DNA of 64,000 nucleotides, taken from an uncultured Planctomycetota bacterium (GTDB taxonomy: Bacteria > Planctomycetota > Planctomycetia > Isosphaerales > Isosphaeraceae). Shown here piece after piece: positions 62,852 through 64,000 of the stretch (within the stretch, counting starts at the first letter, position 1; each line of letters begins with the position of its first letter). Location: assembly GCA_963823665.1 (NCBI GenBank), contig CAWGMQ010000005.1, forward strand, positions 1,120,001 to 1,184,000, written 5' to 3'. A program made the translations under genes and the position numbers. The notes under the pieces are model-generated. The model was not told the DNA's origin. It made no database searches and was given only the letters and a program-made list of their open reading frames with translations.

Positions 62852-63196
62852 ATCGTCTCTTCATCGAACTTTACCTCGATGAGGACGTCGATGTGCTAGT
62901 GGCGGATTTGCTCCGGGCACGCGGATTCGTCGCCACCACGACCCGTGACGCCGGCAATCTGCAAGCCGCGGATGCGGCCCAGCTTGCGTGCGCGGTAAGC
63001 CGGCAGGAAGCGCTCCTGACCCACAATCGGGCGGATTTCGAAAGCGCTCGCCCGAGCGTACCTTGCGGCGGGCCAGTCCCACTACGGCGTCATCATCGCC
63101 TCGCGCCATCCACCTTACGAGATCGTGCGCCGCCTCCTACTCATTCTGAACCAAGTGACGGCTGACGAAATGCAGGATCAGCTCCGATATGTCTGA
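62848..63196 (+). CDS. DUF5615 PIN-like toxin; frameshift (extra A) near 63042
   Basis: LYLDEDV and LLTHNRADF, then HYGVII in the shifted frame; overlaps the DUF433 stop. Confidence 0.85.
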
Positions 63197-63249
63197 AAAA
63201 CAAGGAGATCGCACGCGAACCGGACATTTTCTCTCTGCGGGAGCAGACA

Positions 63250-64000
63250 CTACGCCCCGCTGCGTTCGCGATATCCCTTGGCGACCTTTTCCTCGATCAG
63301 TCCGTCGGCGTGGCGCTGGGCCAACTCTTCGCTTGCGAGCTCCTTGGTCTTGGCCTGGCCATCGCTGCCGATCCGGCCAAAGCGCACGGTCACCGCGCAG
63401 CCGTCGCGGGCCACTTCCCAGAACTTGCTCGACGATCCCTCGATCAACTCGAAGCGCCGGGCCGCTTGCGACGGTGCCGAGCGCGTCGGACTCGCCGGAG
63501 CCGGGACCTTGGTGTCCGCTTTGGGAGTGGTCGTCGGCGTGGTCGGGCCGACGGCATCGCCCCGCACGCGCACAAAGGACGGGAAACGGGGCACGCCTCC
63601 CTCGGAAAGCTCCTGGTAGCGGAAGGTGATGAGGGAGCCGACCGGCGGAGGGGCCTCCCGTTCGGCGGTCGGAGAAGCCGGTACCCACGGAGAACTGCGT
63701 CCCATCGGCCAGTTCCACGAGCAGCGCGCCGAGCCGCCCCTTGTGCCGGCCGGCCCCTTTGAGGTGCTCCAGGACCCGCGCTTCGGCGTCGCGGAAGTTC
63801 TTGACCTTGAGCAGAGTCAGCGACCGGCCGACTTCGTAGCGCGATTCCGGTTGGCGGAGCATCAGCCCTTCGCCCCCGAGCGCCTCGATCCGCGCCAGCT
63901 CCGCGCGGAGGTGGTCCAAGCCAGTGCAAATCACGTGCTCGTGGGCTGCCAGGTACGGCGGCCTGTGCCGCTCGACGTGCGCGCGGATGGCCGCAAGACG
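63250..64000 (-). CDS. ATP-dependent DNA ligase with C-terminal WGR domain (5'-partial; frameshift near 63668)
   Basis: EGLMLR, LLKVK, GTGFSD and PRFPSF ligase motifs; SSKFWEV...FGRIG...KVAKGY WGR domain. Confidence 0.9.

Overview
High-GC bacterial DNA with strong Planctomycetota (Isosphaeraceae-like) signatures: L-E-x-R-x-L-L extracellular motifs, ECF sigma factor/Ser-Thr kinase pairs, DUF4058, a PEP-CTERM protein, and several WD40/TPR kinases. It is an accessory, partly decaying region. It holds a complete IS21-family element (967-4064, 7-bp target duplication) that splits a HEPN-motif gene next to an AbiTii-like gene, two STAND-NTPase/FGE-domain proteins, at least six toxin-antitoxin loci or remnants, a degenerate tRNA-Val, secreted proteases (M12, S53) and many deletion-fusion remnants. 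The standout is at 30468-33217. A PatA-type cyanobactin S8 leader protease gene (one frameshift, one in-frame TAG) is followed by three tandem precursor genes at an exact 298-bp period. Their leaders resemble cyanobactin PatE (LPxQxxxVxR ... G[VI]x[AP][SA]), but their cores are about 50 aa with eight cysteines each, and no heterocyclase or macrocyclase is present. This is a candidate new RiPP-like family of cysteine-rich miniproteins. Several single-base indels fall in homopolymers and may be sequencing errors. All family calls come from motif recognition by eye, not database searches.
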